Shown here one piece after another: positions 51,816 to 64,000 of a DNA stretch of 64,000 nt. The notes beneath the pieces are model-generated. The model did no database searches. It saw nothing but the letters and a program-made list of their open reading frames with translations, and was not told the DNA's origin. A program made the translations under genes and the position numbers. Origin of the DNA: Sminthopsis crassicaudata (taxonomy: Eukaryota); contig NC_133617.1 in assembly GCF_048593235.1 (NCBI RefSeq), positions 612,540,958 through 612,604,957 on the forward strand. The letters run 5' to 3'. Each line of letters opens with the position of its first letter. The stretch's first letter is position 1.

Positions 51816-53642
51816 AGAAAAGCAGAAAACATTTCCCTATCATTATGATTCTTACAATTAGGATATGGAAACAAGATTATAGCAAAGAATATCAAAGTAT
51901 CATGTGGATATGTAAGTATAACATATATTAAGAATGATATCCACGAGCAATGAGATGTTAACGTCTGATCAAGTTCCAACATTTCTTTCCATATATCTTA
52001 AAGTCCTACTTACCTACATAGAAGTCACTATGCTTAACACAGAGGATTTTTAAAGAAGCAAAATCATAAAAAGAAAAAAAATTTCTGAAATATAAAGCAA
52101 CACCATTGCTGAAGTATTATGATACAGAACTCACCACCACCAGAATGGCCCCTGGGCATCATATAAATATTAATTAAGTGATTTCAAAACTATGTATTAG
52201 TGCTATAGGGATTATCACACCTATCTCAAAGGTACAAGGTAATATAATTGGAATGATTTGAAAACCTTTGATTAGTTCCTCTCTTAGATCCTCCATTTTA
52301 AGAAGGACTTAAGCAGGTCACTTTCAAGCCTTGATTCTTCTTCAGAAGCAGAGCCTAACATATTTGTTTGGGGATCTTCTTCCCACATCCTTTTCAATTC
52401 CCTTTTATAGTTTGTCTTAGAATGTTAATTCCTTTAGTGAAGAGACTATCTTTGTGTTTCTATTTACAATGTTTGGTTACCACAGTCCCTGGCACATAGT
52501 AAGCACTTGACAAATATTTGTTGGTTTGTGCTAGCTATATCTGCAATTATCCACAATATACAAGGCTATTATGAGAATCAAATAAAATAATAAAAAGTGT
52601 TTTATATACTCAATGACACTATATGTAACAACAATAGCTACCATTTATCAAATACAATCATGAAAACGTTTGAACCAAAAATGTTGGTATGGACATAATA
52701 CAAAGTTTATGCTATTGACAGTGTCTGAGCATTTATTTAATGTTGGTTTTTCAATTCACATTGTCATTCACTGCTTTTTGTGTACCATTGAGACAGCTAG
52801 GTTAAGTTAGAGTTATTCTACAGGGCCTGGGACATCATAAGGCAAGAAACTGACACTCTGCTTCATTACCTAATCAGATACTTTAAAAAATACTAAAAAG
52901 CTAGAAAACATATGAGCAAAGTCCAACATTTATGTCCTCTAAGCTTCCCACTTCAAAACTTGCTGTCCTGATCAAAATGGACTTTTTCCAATTGTACAGG
53001 TCAGCAAAATCAAGGAAGGAAGTGAAACCTTGCAATCCCATGTATTCACAAAAGAGATTCAGCCCAAGCCAAAGAACCTAATTTGTAATACTTTCATAGG
53101 ATTAATTAAAATTTAAATGCTCCATTTTGGTCATTGCTACCATTGTAATAATTTTCTCTGTTGTCTCTGTCAAATGTATCAAGTGCATAGTTGAAAATTA
53201 ATATGAAGCTAGAATCAGAAGTGACTACTTGCCCTTATGTTTGATCCAGCATTTTTATGTCCTAGCATTTTTAGGTTAATCTATCATTTATATATCCATA
53301 AAGTTTTTATCTCAATACCTCACTATTCAAGGAAGCATTTAAAGTCATTTAAGTTTAAAATCATTTGCACACCATGGGCTTTTAAAAGAAAAGAGTAACA
53401 TCTACATGCAGGCATTCAGCTATCAAAACTTGACTACCTCCAGATTTTGCAGGGGCTGCCACTATGTACACAAAGTTGTATAAGAAAAACACATTGTTGG
53501 TAGCATCAAAGGCCACTGTTTCTAGAGAAATGATTCTTCTCTTCCAGTTTTAAAGATTTAAGGGTGAAGCCAGGACAGGGGAAAAGAGAGTGCTTTCTGC
53601 CTCTTGTGCTGTGTAAGAAAGAGGGCTTCCCAAATTCAAACA

Positions 53643-53643
<1 letters not shown>

Positions 53644-53691
<48 letters not shown>
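53644..53691. repeat. (AAT)n microsatellite
   Basis: Direct reading; about 16 units. Confidence 0.98.
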
Positions 53692-53693
<2 letters not shown>

Positions 53694-54559
53694 AGAAAGT
53701 TTTAAAAAGAAAGAAATCAGATTTTAATGAGCCTGTTAAATAGGCTGGATAGGGTGGTCCTCCAGAGTCAGAGGATCTGGTTCAAATTCTGGTTAATTGC
53801 TGGTATAATATTAAAGGAATAAATTATGTTATTCTAGATCTCCTTTTCTTTATTTCTAAAATAAGATCATTAATTAGATGATCTTGAAGGAATTTACAAC
53901 ATATCTAAGAATGAGACTGCAATTGGTTAGTTTTATTTGCACAGATACAAGCCTCCTCCACTCCCAGTCACACTAATTTGGTGATCTAATAAATAATCTG
54001 TGTTGAGATCCAAGTACTATTCTGAATGAAAAAAATGTATTTAACCCAAAATATTCAGGAAGTATTTCCTAGTATTAATTGCAGTGACATAAAAAGTAAA
54101 TTGTTAAACTTTATGTCAGAGAATCTATTCAGCTTCTTACTAGCTCTGTGGACTTAGGTAAGTCACTGAACTTATTCAGCTATAAACTAACTGGATTGAA
54201 CTAGATAGCCTCTCAAGTCATTTCTAGCTCTAAATAGAAGCCTGTGACTTAGAAATAAGAGATTACTATTATTTAATGGAGGCAGTATATTTAAGAGAAA
54301 CTTTATAGAGTGATTAGGAAGCTGGTTTCTGAAACAGAAAGACCTGATTTCAAGTCTTGTGTAAGCCCTTGAAATTAAGCCTGGGTAGGTCAAACTTTTG
54401 GCACCTAAGCAACTTAAGACTGTTGACCATCAGCCTGTGTAAAAGAAACTGCTCACTAGAAATTCCCTCTGCTAATGAAATTGCAGAACTGAACGAAAAC
54501 TAAACCAAAATAAAACCAAAAAACATAATATTTAATATGGAAAAGATTTACTATGGAAT

Positions 54560-54820
54560 AGAATGAGCATTTTAGATAGCAGATGCTACATGCCAAGTAT
54601 TATGCTAAACACTTCATAATTATTATCTCAGTTGATCTTCAAAACAATCCTGGGAAATAGGTACTATTATTGTCTTCATTTTACAGTTGGAAAAACTGAG
54701 GTAAATAGGGTTAAATGACTTGTCCAGGCTCACACAGTTACTACATATGAGATCAGATTTGACCTAAGGTCCAGGGTCAATCCACTGCACTATTAGCTGA
54801 CTCTAATTACTGAATGCTTT
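54560..54820 (-). mobile_element. MIR-family SINE
   Basis: gatcttcaaaacaatcctgggaaataggtactattattgtcttcattttacagttggaaaaactgagg ... ttaaatgacttgtcc. Confidence 0.8.
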
Positions 54821-55734
54821 GATCTTTTTTCTATGAAATAAACCCACAACATTCTGGATTAGTATATGCAAAAAGAATAAAGTGAGTTTAAGAATCTCCA
54901 CCAATAGCAACTAGAGGCATGTCAATTTTTGAAAGAAACCAAGAGGTATTACTGATGTTTTACAACCATCTCCTATAATAAGCAGCACACACAAGTTTAA
55001 TCTGCATTATTAACATTTTCTCAATCACCATTTTTAGTCTAGATACTAAATAAAACAATAAATCAAATCTTTTGCTAATCAGTTTCTGAGGTGCAAATGC
55101 TCAAACTGACAATTTAACAATAGTGAACTTGGCAGCCATTTTTTCAGCTATAATGAAAACACTAGTTTATCCAACCATTTGGGGGTTGTGTCCTTTTTAA
55201 TTCAAACCCCTGCTCGATTCATGCCCTATGCCCAGCTTCTTCCTGGCATTCATACATTGAATAGGACTCTACAAAAGGGTCGCCAAATTTCTAAGAACAA
55301 TGGAGGGAAGGCACTTCTTCTTATGACTAAAGCCTAAAGCACTGACAAGAAAAGAAAAAAAGCATAAAATACTTAGAAACAGGGACAAGTTAGGACTGAT
55401 GATGATTACTCCCTCAAGAGATAAGATTCCCCAAGGACCAAATACTTAGTGTCCTGAAAAGGACAATCAAATCACCAATACCTCTGCTGGCTTACATATT
55501 ATGTAGATTGCTGCTTTCATTAAGATTATAAAGTGCCAAGAGCCAAGTACAGAGCCTGACATAGTGGCTATCCCTGAATCCTTCCCAGTTCAAGGCACTA
55601 ATCTACAAAGCTCTAAATAAGTCAGCCTCAAAAGCTTTGAGTTCTTGAAAAATCACAATCTTAAAAGCTTAAAATGTGATAAGTGAAAATAATCAAATAA
55701 TAATACTAAAATTAATAAATACATATAGGGCTAG

Positions 55735-56610
55735 CAATAGCTATGTGGTCAAAGGTTATCAATGGTCAATTTTCAAGGCAAGAAATACAAGCTATCAACA
55801 ATCATAAAATTGGTCTATATATAATTAGAAAAATTCAAATTAAAACAATTTTAATCTTTCACCTAATACTTATCAGACTTACAGAGATGAAAAAAAAAAA
55901 GAGGACAATGACAGTAGATATGGGAAAAACAAATGCTCTAGTGTAATATTGCTGAAACTGAAAATTGGAAAACAGTTTGGAACTATACCCAGAAAGTTTC
56001 TATATATACCCTGTGACCAGCTAGCTTTTAGCTCAAATAAATTTTTTAAAAAGAGGAAAAAGAGTTATATTGCAAACATATTTGTAGCTGCTCTTTTCAT
56101 CACAGAATTAAAGAACTATGTCATTACTCAAGCTGTGAGCTGATAGGATCTTCAATTAGATGGTGGCCCATGGGAATGGGGAAAAAAGGCAAAGAATGTG
56201 AGGTATTGCTTTTGAGGCAACTAATTTTCCTATATTCCAATACGCCATTATTCTCTGCCATAGAGAGTCATTGAAAGTATATTGATAATAAAAGGATAGG
56301 TCATCAGAAAAGCCTATAAGGACTTACATGAACTAATATTGAGTGAAGAGAACAGAAGAAAACACTGTACACATAACAGCAAGATTCTGTGATGATCAGT
56401 TAAGATAAATTTAGCTTTTCTCAGCAATAAAGTGATCCAAGATAATTACAATAGATTTTCAGTGGAAAATGTCATCTGCATTTAGAGAAAGAACTATGGA
56501 AACCTAATACACATCAAAGCACACTATTTTCGCCTTTTTATTTTGTTTTGTTTTTCTTTTCTGATTTTTCTTGTTCAACACGACTTATATAGATATATGT
56601 TAAAAACAAG
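55735..56610 (+). mobile_element. Old L1 ORF2 end / 3' UTR fragments
   Basis: caaggcaagaaatacaagctatcaacaatcata ... ggaactataccc ... ggacttacatgaactaatattgagtgaag. Confidence 0.75.
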
Positions 56611-56613
56611 ATT

Positions 56614-56770
56614 GGGGGCAGCTAGTTGGTGTAGTGCATAGAGCATCAGCCCTGATGTCAGGAGGATCTGAGTTCAAAAGTAGCCTCAGACTCTTAACAC
56701 TTCCTGGCTATGTGACCTTAGGCAAGTCACTTAACCCCAAATGCCTCATGTGAGTGAGACAGACAGAGAG
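56614..56770 (+). mobile_element. WSINE1-like SINE with a (GA)-rich tail
   Basis: gggggcagctag ... ggaggatctgagttcaaa ... ggcaagtcacttaaccccaaatgcctc. Confidence 0.88.
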
Positions 56771-57221
56771 AGTGAGAGAGATTGTCCCTGTATAACGGGA
56801 AAAAATACATTTTTATTTCAAGAGCAAGTTTTAAGCTTATTCAAAACTGTGCAGTTTCGCAAAAGCCATACAGATAAAGATATAGATAAGTAAAGAACAT
56901 TTTTAAATCCTATGTCACATGGTAGGGTAAACACTAGGGAAATACATGCTTGTAAGCAAGGCAATCTCTGCTCTTAGTGAGCTTACATTCCAATGAGGAA
57001 AGACAAATATATAAATGTGTGCAAGAAAGGTGAAATCCAATCCAATCCAATAGTTTCTATGCTACTAAAGTAATAGCTGCCTGGAGGAAAGAGATGATAT
57101 AAGAAGGACATACTTATAAATTTAATCTGCTTTACTAATATTTTCTCCATCACTTTTTTAAAGTCAGATAATTAACAAAACTGAAAATCAAGTTGTGATT
57201 TGTAACACTGGTGAATTTCTT

Positions 57222-57223
<2 letters not shown>

Positions 57224-57256
<33 letters not shown>
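57224..57256. repeat. (AT)n microsatellite
   Basis: Direct reading. Confidence 0.97.
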
Positions 57257-57259
<3 letters not shown>

Positions 57260-58539
57260 CTTCTCTTCACCACTTTCTATTAACATTCATTCATATATAT
57301 ATATATTAATATTAATATATTCATCCATCTTAAGCAAATTTCTCACTGGGCACCTGGTTCCAAAGGTTCTAATCTCTTTCCCAGGAATATGCAAGGAGAA
57401 AAATTAGCTCATCTGTCTTATGTCTAGATCACCCTCTTTGTTAAGCTCTAAGTTTACCCCCCCCTCAAAAAATGTCCAATGGGCCTAAACTAAATCTAGA
57501 CCATGACACTATTCTCTAGTTTCACCTGGAGAGTTGGACCATCCAATTCTCTTTATATTCCTACTGTCTCGACATTCTCAACTACTCATCTAAGCAATCC
57601 AATTCTATGGTGTTCATAAAATATTACCCAAAAAGTAATGTATTAAAATTCAAACAATATTTTTAAACTGTTCATACTTTTAGTGCATTACCAAAAATAA
57701 ACACAGCAAATTTTATGATTACTTGTATTCCATGGTAAGATACCATCTTAACATGAGTATGATCAATATTGCTATCTTAAAATAGCAGATAACCTGATTA
57801 AAAAGAGGGGTAAAGAAGTCAGGGAGAGAAGAAGAATCCTGCTGAGCCTTGAATGACTATATCATTTTGTTGTTATATTTTTCTTTTTTTATATATCTAA
57901 CAACTATTATAAATTTCACACTTCTACATTTCTGTGGTAACAAGGTCTTAATAATAATGAAAACCATTTCTGTACTTCTCCCTAGTAAGTAGAATTAATA
58001 TTACCATATGAACTAGAAATGCTAAAATATTAATAGTTGCACTATAAATAGCTTCCCTCAGGTTTAGCTTCTTTCTATGACAGTTTCAATTATTTCATTA
58101 TAGTTTAGACATAGTAAAATGTTTAAAAGTTTCAAATTCATGGCATAAAATGAGAATGTTCTTCAATTAGTCTTTGCTTTGGCCTCTTATTTAAATTCTT
58201 TAAGATAGAAATATTTTTTCTCTGTAAAAAGGGAAACTGCAAGGCAGAATAACACTCAAAAGTAACACCTGTTTTATTAGTGCAAATCCATCTACACTGA
58301 ATCCAATTCTGGACTACTTAATAAAATAAAAATGTCAATGATCTGCAGGCTTGTTCAGGAAATAAACTAAATCTAGAATTTCCAACCCTTCTGAATTGGA
58401 AGGATCTTTATAACCAAAAAACTAATACAAAGGGTTTGTTTTTGTTTTTGTTTTTGTTTTGAAAAAGTAAAAACAGAAAATTTCATAAAATCTTGCTAGA
58501 ATAATAGATTTTAGAAATAGATACATAACTTTATAGTTA

Positions 58540-59290
58540 TTCTTTTTGACATCTCTTTTGACACTTGGCCACACATCCTTCCCAGATGCTCAATTCTCCT
58601 ATGACATTTATGACTATGTTCATTTCTAGTTCTCCCAACAATCTGATGACTTGATCTGTTGCCTGGATTTTCTACTTACCTTATATCCTCAGTGTAGGTG
58701 TCACTCAAGGCTTCATCCTGAGCTCTCTTCTAGTCTTTCTATATACCCTCTTTTCTTAGTTACCTCATCAACCTCATCAACTCTCATAAATCCAATCACC
58801 ATCACTAACAAATTGGCTACCAAACCCCCAAAGACAACTATAATCTCTCCAGAATTCTGATTTTTCATTATTTACTATCTACTAAACACCTCCACTTTGG
58901 ATATCAAAGCAGTATCTTAAATTCAACAGATCCAAAATGGAACTGGCAGGTCCTAATCTCCTCTCATTTTGAATACTCTAAATACTGTAACAGCCTAATT
59001 GGTTTCTCTTTGCCTCCAATCAACTCACTACAAAAACTTCCTCTAAAGCATTGACCTGACCATGTCACTAAATTGTAAATATATTGAGTGGCTTCTTAAT
59101 GCTCCTAGGAAAACACATAGATGCCTCATCCTAGCATTTAAGCTACCTTTCCAAAATTATTTCATATCATTTCCCTTATATTTGGTGTGTCACTAAATTA
59201 GCTGCTCTATATTCATCATTCCATCTCCAGCACTTAGCATGATGTCTGCCACACAATATGTTCTTAATAAATACTTCTTGACTTGATCTG
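58540..59290 (+). mobile_element. L2 relic
   Basis: Pyrimidine-rich RT-region motifs (tagttctcccaac, ggtgtcactcaaggcttcatcctgagctctcttc). The 3' end reads ttcttaataaatacttcttgacttga. Confidence 0.7.
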
Positions 59291-59913
59291 TCCTTGTGGA
59301 AGAAGTACATTGATTGTGGGAAAATATCTCCCTAGTAAGTCAAAGGTCAAAGAAACAGAAGTACAGGATATATAAATAGACAGACCTTCAGTTCCTACTT
59401 TATTCAACAGAATAAGCCCACTGATGCTATCTTGAAAGCAGCCTCCACTCTTTTAGATTTCTTGACCTACCAGTATAGTCTGTTGCAATTAACCACAAAA
59501 AAAAAAAAAAAAAAAAATCCCCAACTGGAACAAACCAAATCTTTGCTGCTCCTGAGACCCAAAGGTAAACACTACCTCCCCCAAATCACCAGACATCTTG
59601 TCCCTATTACTCCAAGTCACAAATAAGGAAAGAGACAGCAGCCTCCCTCAATAGATTCTGTTTGCTGCTAGTAATATGACCCTAAGGCTGTATAAAATCC
59701 CATGTGTGTATCTTCTGGTTCCTTTGAGAACCTGGCAAATACCCATCAGCTGATGCTAATTAAACTTTCTATCTTGAAGCTTTGCCTCTAGATTTATTGA
59801 CCTGCCCTCAAATGGACCGAAATGGGAGGAATAATTTTCCTGGAAGAAATAAGGCTCTCTGGGTTGAAGAATTCCCTGAATCTACCATTTGCAGAAAGCA
59901 GCACCTTACTTAC

Positions 59914-60035
59914 ACCTCATTTCTTCTTCTTGGGATCCAGAGTTGTCACCAAGAATCAATTTGGGCTAGAATCTCCTCCAGGTGGGGACTGGAGAGTTTT
60001 ATATGGAGTGAAAAATAGTAACACTGTATCATTTA
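59914..60035 (-). other. Candidate 122 nt cassette exon (probably non-coding, UTR or stop-containing)
   Basis: 3' splice site ctgttcctgctctctttctag| and 5' splice site |gtaagt. Contains a GAAGAAGAA enhancer-like motif and does not look repetitive. No frame stays open across it. Confidence 0.3.
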
Positions 60036-60599
60036 CTAGAAAGAGAGCAGGAACAGTTTTTGTTTCTTTGGTTTTTTTTGTTTCTTTTATTTGTTTCTTT
60101 TTCATCTGAATCCCTAATACCTATTTTATCAAGCACTTGTAATGGGCAAATATCACTGTGCTAAACTGAAAGACAAAGACTTAGCTAAAACCTAGTCCCT
60201 ATAATTAATTGGTTTTCAGTCAAGCAAGAAAAGGCAAAAATAAAAGATTAAGCTCTATTATATGCACATCTTCAGCATCTGGATTAAATTGTTAAAATAT
60301 TTACAAATTTTCTCTTTATTTTAACCTCCAGCAGGCAAGTATTCCCCCACAGCACTTAATAATAAATTTTAATTTAAAAAATCAAAAAGATTTGCAAGTT
60401 GTTTTCAAGGAAAGCAGCATGAGAACAAATGACTACTATATGTTAAGCACTGCTAGTACCTACTTATAGAAAGCCAAAAAAGGAAAGTCTCATCTTAAGA
60501 AATTTGTATTCCATTAGGGAGAAAAAAGAAGTATATATAAACGCAGATAAAATACAAGGTGGTTAGGGATGGATGGCACTAACAGGAGAAGGAGGAGGA

Positions 60600-61215
60600 A
60601 ATCAGGAAAGACTTTCCATAGAAACTTCTAACCAATCTTTCTAAGCATTGTCTCTCCCTGATCCAATCCACCCTCCACACATTTACCAAAATGATCTTTC
60701 TAAAATGTCATCTGAAGTTGTGAAGAGTTTCATTTAAACCCCACAAATCCCCCATTACTTCTATGAATAAAGCGAAGCTCCTATTTGGCATTAAAAATGC
60801 TTCATAACCTGGCTCGTTTCTGTCTTTACAATCTTCTTACACATTGCTCCCATTCACACACCTTACATTCCATCACTTGTCATTATTGTTTATACATCTC
60901 CAGGCCTTTGTACTGACTGATACCACTTATACAATACTTTCTGAAGGGAGAACACCCTCCTCCTGGGTCCTCCAATCTCTGAATTCCCAAGGTTTGTTCC
61001 AGATTCAGTTCAATCCTCAGATGCAAAATTATCTAAATGATATATTTACAGCACAGATTACCTTCCATCCACTCTGCACATATTCAAAGACCAAGTCTGG
61101 TTTTGTTATTTGTTTGTTTGTTTTGTGGAGCAAAGTTTTGTTTATTCTTTTGTTTTCTGTACAGAATTCTTATCACAGTGTTTGGCAAATATTATGCACT
61201 TAAATGTTTGTTGCT
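60600..61215 (+). mobile_element. L2 3' region
   Basis: caatccaccctccacac ... aaagctcctatttggcattaaaaatgcttcataacctgg ... ttaaatgtttgttg. Confidence 0.7.
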
Positions 61216-62239
61216 GGCTTAACTGTATAAAGTGAGGGATCCTGTGAAGCAAGACTGGAGGAGGAAGTAGAGTAGGCATGAAGAATTAGAAAGAACTAGG
61301 GAGAAATCATAATGGGTCAAAAGAACCAGAAGAATAAGACAAAAAGAAACCAATAAAGGGCATAAGCAAAGCAAATCCTGAGATTTGCTGAGGGGGGGGG
61401 GGGGAAGTATGGATCACAAGGGTGATAGCAGACCACTAGGATGAGCTTGCATGCAATTCTAGATTACAGTTCTAGACAAATGCACTCCATACAAATTTGA
61501 TGCAAGAATTTGGACTTTTTTTAAAAAAGAAACTTGATTTGAAAATAGTATCTACACAAAATATGAATGCATTGGTTTATCTCATAGAGCATGAAGTTTA
61601 TTTTTATTCAGGAAATGTACTGTTCACTTCACTACCCCCAAGAAACCTGGCATGTTTCTAAAGAAACCTAACATTCCATAAAACACAGCTTGAGAAAAAT
61701 CCTAGTCTAGATGACTTTTTTTTCAGTTTCTGCCTTGTGGTTCAATTAAAAACCCCCACCTTACAAAAAAGGAAAGCAAAGAATCAGAGCCAAAGGGTGT
61801 TTTTGCCTAACAGAATCATAAAGCACTTATTCCCCATCACTTCAAGACACATTTAAATGATTTTAGCTCAGAGATCAATGGCCTTTCTCCCTCCCCTCTT
61901 AAAAAAATAAAATAAAATAACTGAGCTTGGTAGTTACCAAAAATGAAGAACTTAATGGAAACACTTTTAATAGTTGATCATGGATTTAGAACTGGACAGG
62001 ACCTATCAAAATCAAAGATTCTTAATTTAAGTCATGAATTTGTTTAGTTTTTTTTTTTTTAATATAACTTTCAATAGAACTGGTTTCCTTTGTAATCCCA
62101 TGTGTGTGGGACAGGTGCAAGACCCCATTTTCCAAATTAGTTAATCAGAGACATCTGCCTTTTCAAGGAATATTCCTTCAGTGGACATAGACATTCTAAA
62201 GCAACTTTCCCTGTATGTTTTAAGGTACAAAATTTGTAT

Positions 62240-62640
62240 CTCAGAATATCAATCCATCAATCAACATTTAAATGATGAAAATACAAAAAAAAGAGAAAAA
62301 GGTCAGTTCCTGTCCTCAAAGAACTTACAAATTAATGGGGGAGAAAACGTACAAGAAAATAAGCTATATTCAAGATAATCAATCAATCAACATTTGTTAA
62401 ATATCTCTGGTGTTTCAGGTACTGTGGTAGGTATGGCAGATCTATAAAGGGGCAAATTCCAGTACTCAAGAAAGTTCCAATCTAAGGCCAGAGACAATAT
62501 CTAAATAAAAATATATTCATGTAATGTAATGTAAGAAAGGCATTAAAATTAAGAGGGGTTGGGGAAAGCTTCTTGTAAAAGAGGAGATTTTAGTTGGGAT
62601 TTCAAAGAAGATAGGAAAGTGAGATACAGTATCAATTGGC
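62240..62640 (-). mobile_element. L2 3' end fragments
   Basis: aatcaatccatcaatcaacattta ... cctgtcctcaaagaacttaca and caatcaatcaatcaacatttgttaaata ... ctcaagaaagttccaatcta. Confidence 0.7.
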
Positions 62641-63759
62641 CTTAGGTTTTGTAAAAAGTGTATTTCTCAAAGGATATTCTCTAGCAAACATAAAAGCCAG
62701 TGATGTTTTTCTTGTTTGTTTTTCAGAAAGTGTCCTAAAATTACATTCATGATTTTTTTTAAACTCCACTTTTCTAAACTTAAAAAGTGATTCTGGGATT
62801 CCTGCTGGAATAGTGGGAATTTAAAACTAATATAGTTTATAATAAGCCAATACAAGTTCATATACTAAATCAAACTAGAATGATGGAAAAAGTGTTTATA
62901 TATTTTCTTGGCCCACCATCTCAAGGCCAAATTAAGCTGAACATGTACAATTCTCATGGAAATCATTTCATTGGAACTCTCTCTCATTGAAATCACATTC
63001 TAGGCCAGTGATCACATAAGGATGGACTGTTCCAACATGGGCCAATAGCCTGGCACATGTATAGCTAAAGGGAGAATTTGGCTCACAATGAATTACTTAA
63101 CTTTTCTCTTAGTTAACTAAAAATGAATCTGACCATTCATGAGAGAGATCATTTCAAATGCTCTAGTGATAATCAAGTAATGACTGCTTTTCAGCTGGAA
63201 AGCCAAACTTTTTTTTTCTTTACTGCAGATCTAGCAGCAAAGCATTTTAATGAGGGATGATGACTGCATCAGCTGTTATCCACAAGGCCAATTTTAGCAT
63301 TCAGCTTAGATCTTCAACATCCCAATCTTTAAGACTCCATTCTAAGGAGATCAACCCTGTAGATACACATAAACTGACAAATGAGCTGTCATGATAAGGA
63401 ATTTACTTAGTTGGAGTTTTGCACATTGACTTCCAAATAAGTCTTTTGAGTTTATCAGATTCCTGACAACAATGCTTTGCTATTAGTTTTCTGTAAAAAG
63501 AGAAGCTTCTAAATATAGGTGTGTACAGGTATATGATATAACTATGTTTAGATTAAGGGTTTTTAGACCCTCAAATCTGTCTCACACATACATACATACA
63601 CACACACACATATACATTTATATACACACATACTCATATAGATATATGTATATACATACATATGTATATGTAACTATATTCCAATAATTAATTTCCTTTG
63701 TAAGTTTATCATTTAAATTTTTGTAATCTTCTAAGGTTAAGAAACCCTGTTTTAGATTA

Positions 63760-63920
63760 TCATAAAATTTAAGATTTGCTGGGAGACTTTAATGTATCTC
63801 AATTGACTCTTACAACAATCCTGTAAAGTAGATGTTAACATTTCCATTTCTAATAAGAAACTGAGGCTCTGTAAAGTAATGATTTGCCTAAAGTCACACA
63901 GCAAGAAAAGATGAATGCAA
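63760..63920 (-). mobile_element. MIR-family SINE
   Basis: cttacaacaatcctgtaaagtagatg ... ccatttctaataagaaactgaggct ... ttgcctaaagtcacacagc. Confidence 0.75.
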
Positions 63921-64000
63921 AAGCATTTATTAAGCTATTACCATGTGCAAAGCATTGTGCTAAATTCTTGAGAATAAAACAGAAAAGTAAAACAATCCCA

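Noticed and set aside
53438-53461. 24 nt minus-strand microexon candidate
   Set aside because: The donor (GTAGTC) and acceptor are both weak. Such matches are expected by chance in 64 kb.
9034-56770. tRNA-like A-box/B-box sequences
   Set aside because: They are SINE heads followed by SINE bodies and tails, not cloverleaf tRNA genes.
421-62861. All other ORFs in the supplied track (60-123 aa), including 42584..42955
   Set aside because: They are short, compositionally biased, often have non-ATG starts or run through N gaps, or lie inside L1/L2/SINE relics. None shows a recognisable protein.
63257-63377. C/D-box snoRNA-like motif pair (ATGATGA ... CTGA)
   Set aside because: There is no terminal stem and no recognisable rRNA/snRNA antisense element. 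These short motifs are common by chance.
1-64000. NUMT, rRNA, CpG-island promoter or intact viral/transposase ORF
   Set aside because: No mitochondrial or rRNA motifs were recognised. CpG is depleted throughout except for a few sites in the LTR and young SINEs. There is no long ORF.

Overview
AT-rich, strongly CpG-depleted vertebrate DNA, intronic or intergenic. The repeat content points to a marsupial, most likely a dasyurid such as the Tasmanian devil: WSINE1-like and MAR1-like SINEs, marsupial RTE, L2/MIR/L3 relics, and an OC1/OposCharlie1-type hAT MITE. There are two short N gaps. No protein-coding exon or host gene could be identified, and every ORF in the track looks spurious or repeat-derived. 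The most unusual structure is at the very start: two convergent copies of the 5' (U3) half of an ERV LTR form a ~440 bp inverted repeat. The left copy is preceded by a polypurine tract and the junction holds a fold-back patch. Other points of interest: a ~180 bp AT-rich hairpin (34601-34781), a horizontally transferred OC1-type MITE and an isolated L1 5' end both nested in one L2, a 124 bp tandem duplication, a templated hairpin insertion inside an L1 3' UTR, and one well-formed exon-like segment on the minus strand. I did not find a convincing new biological system. Repeat family names come from recalled consensus sequences, not from a database search. Boundaries of old repeats are approximate.
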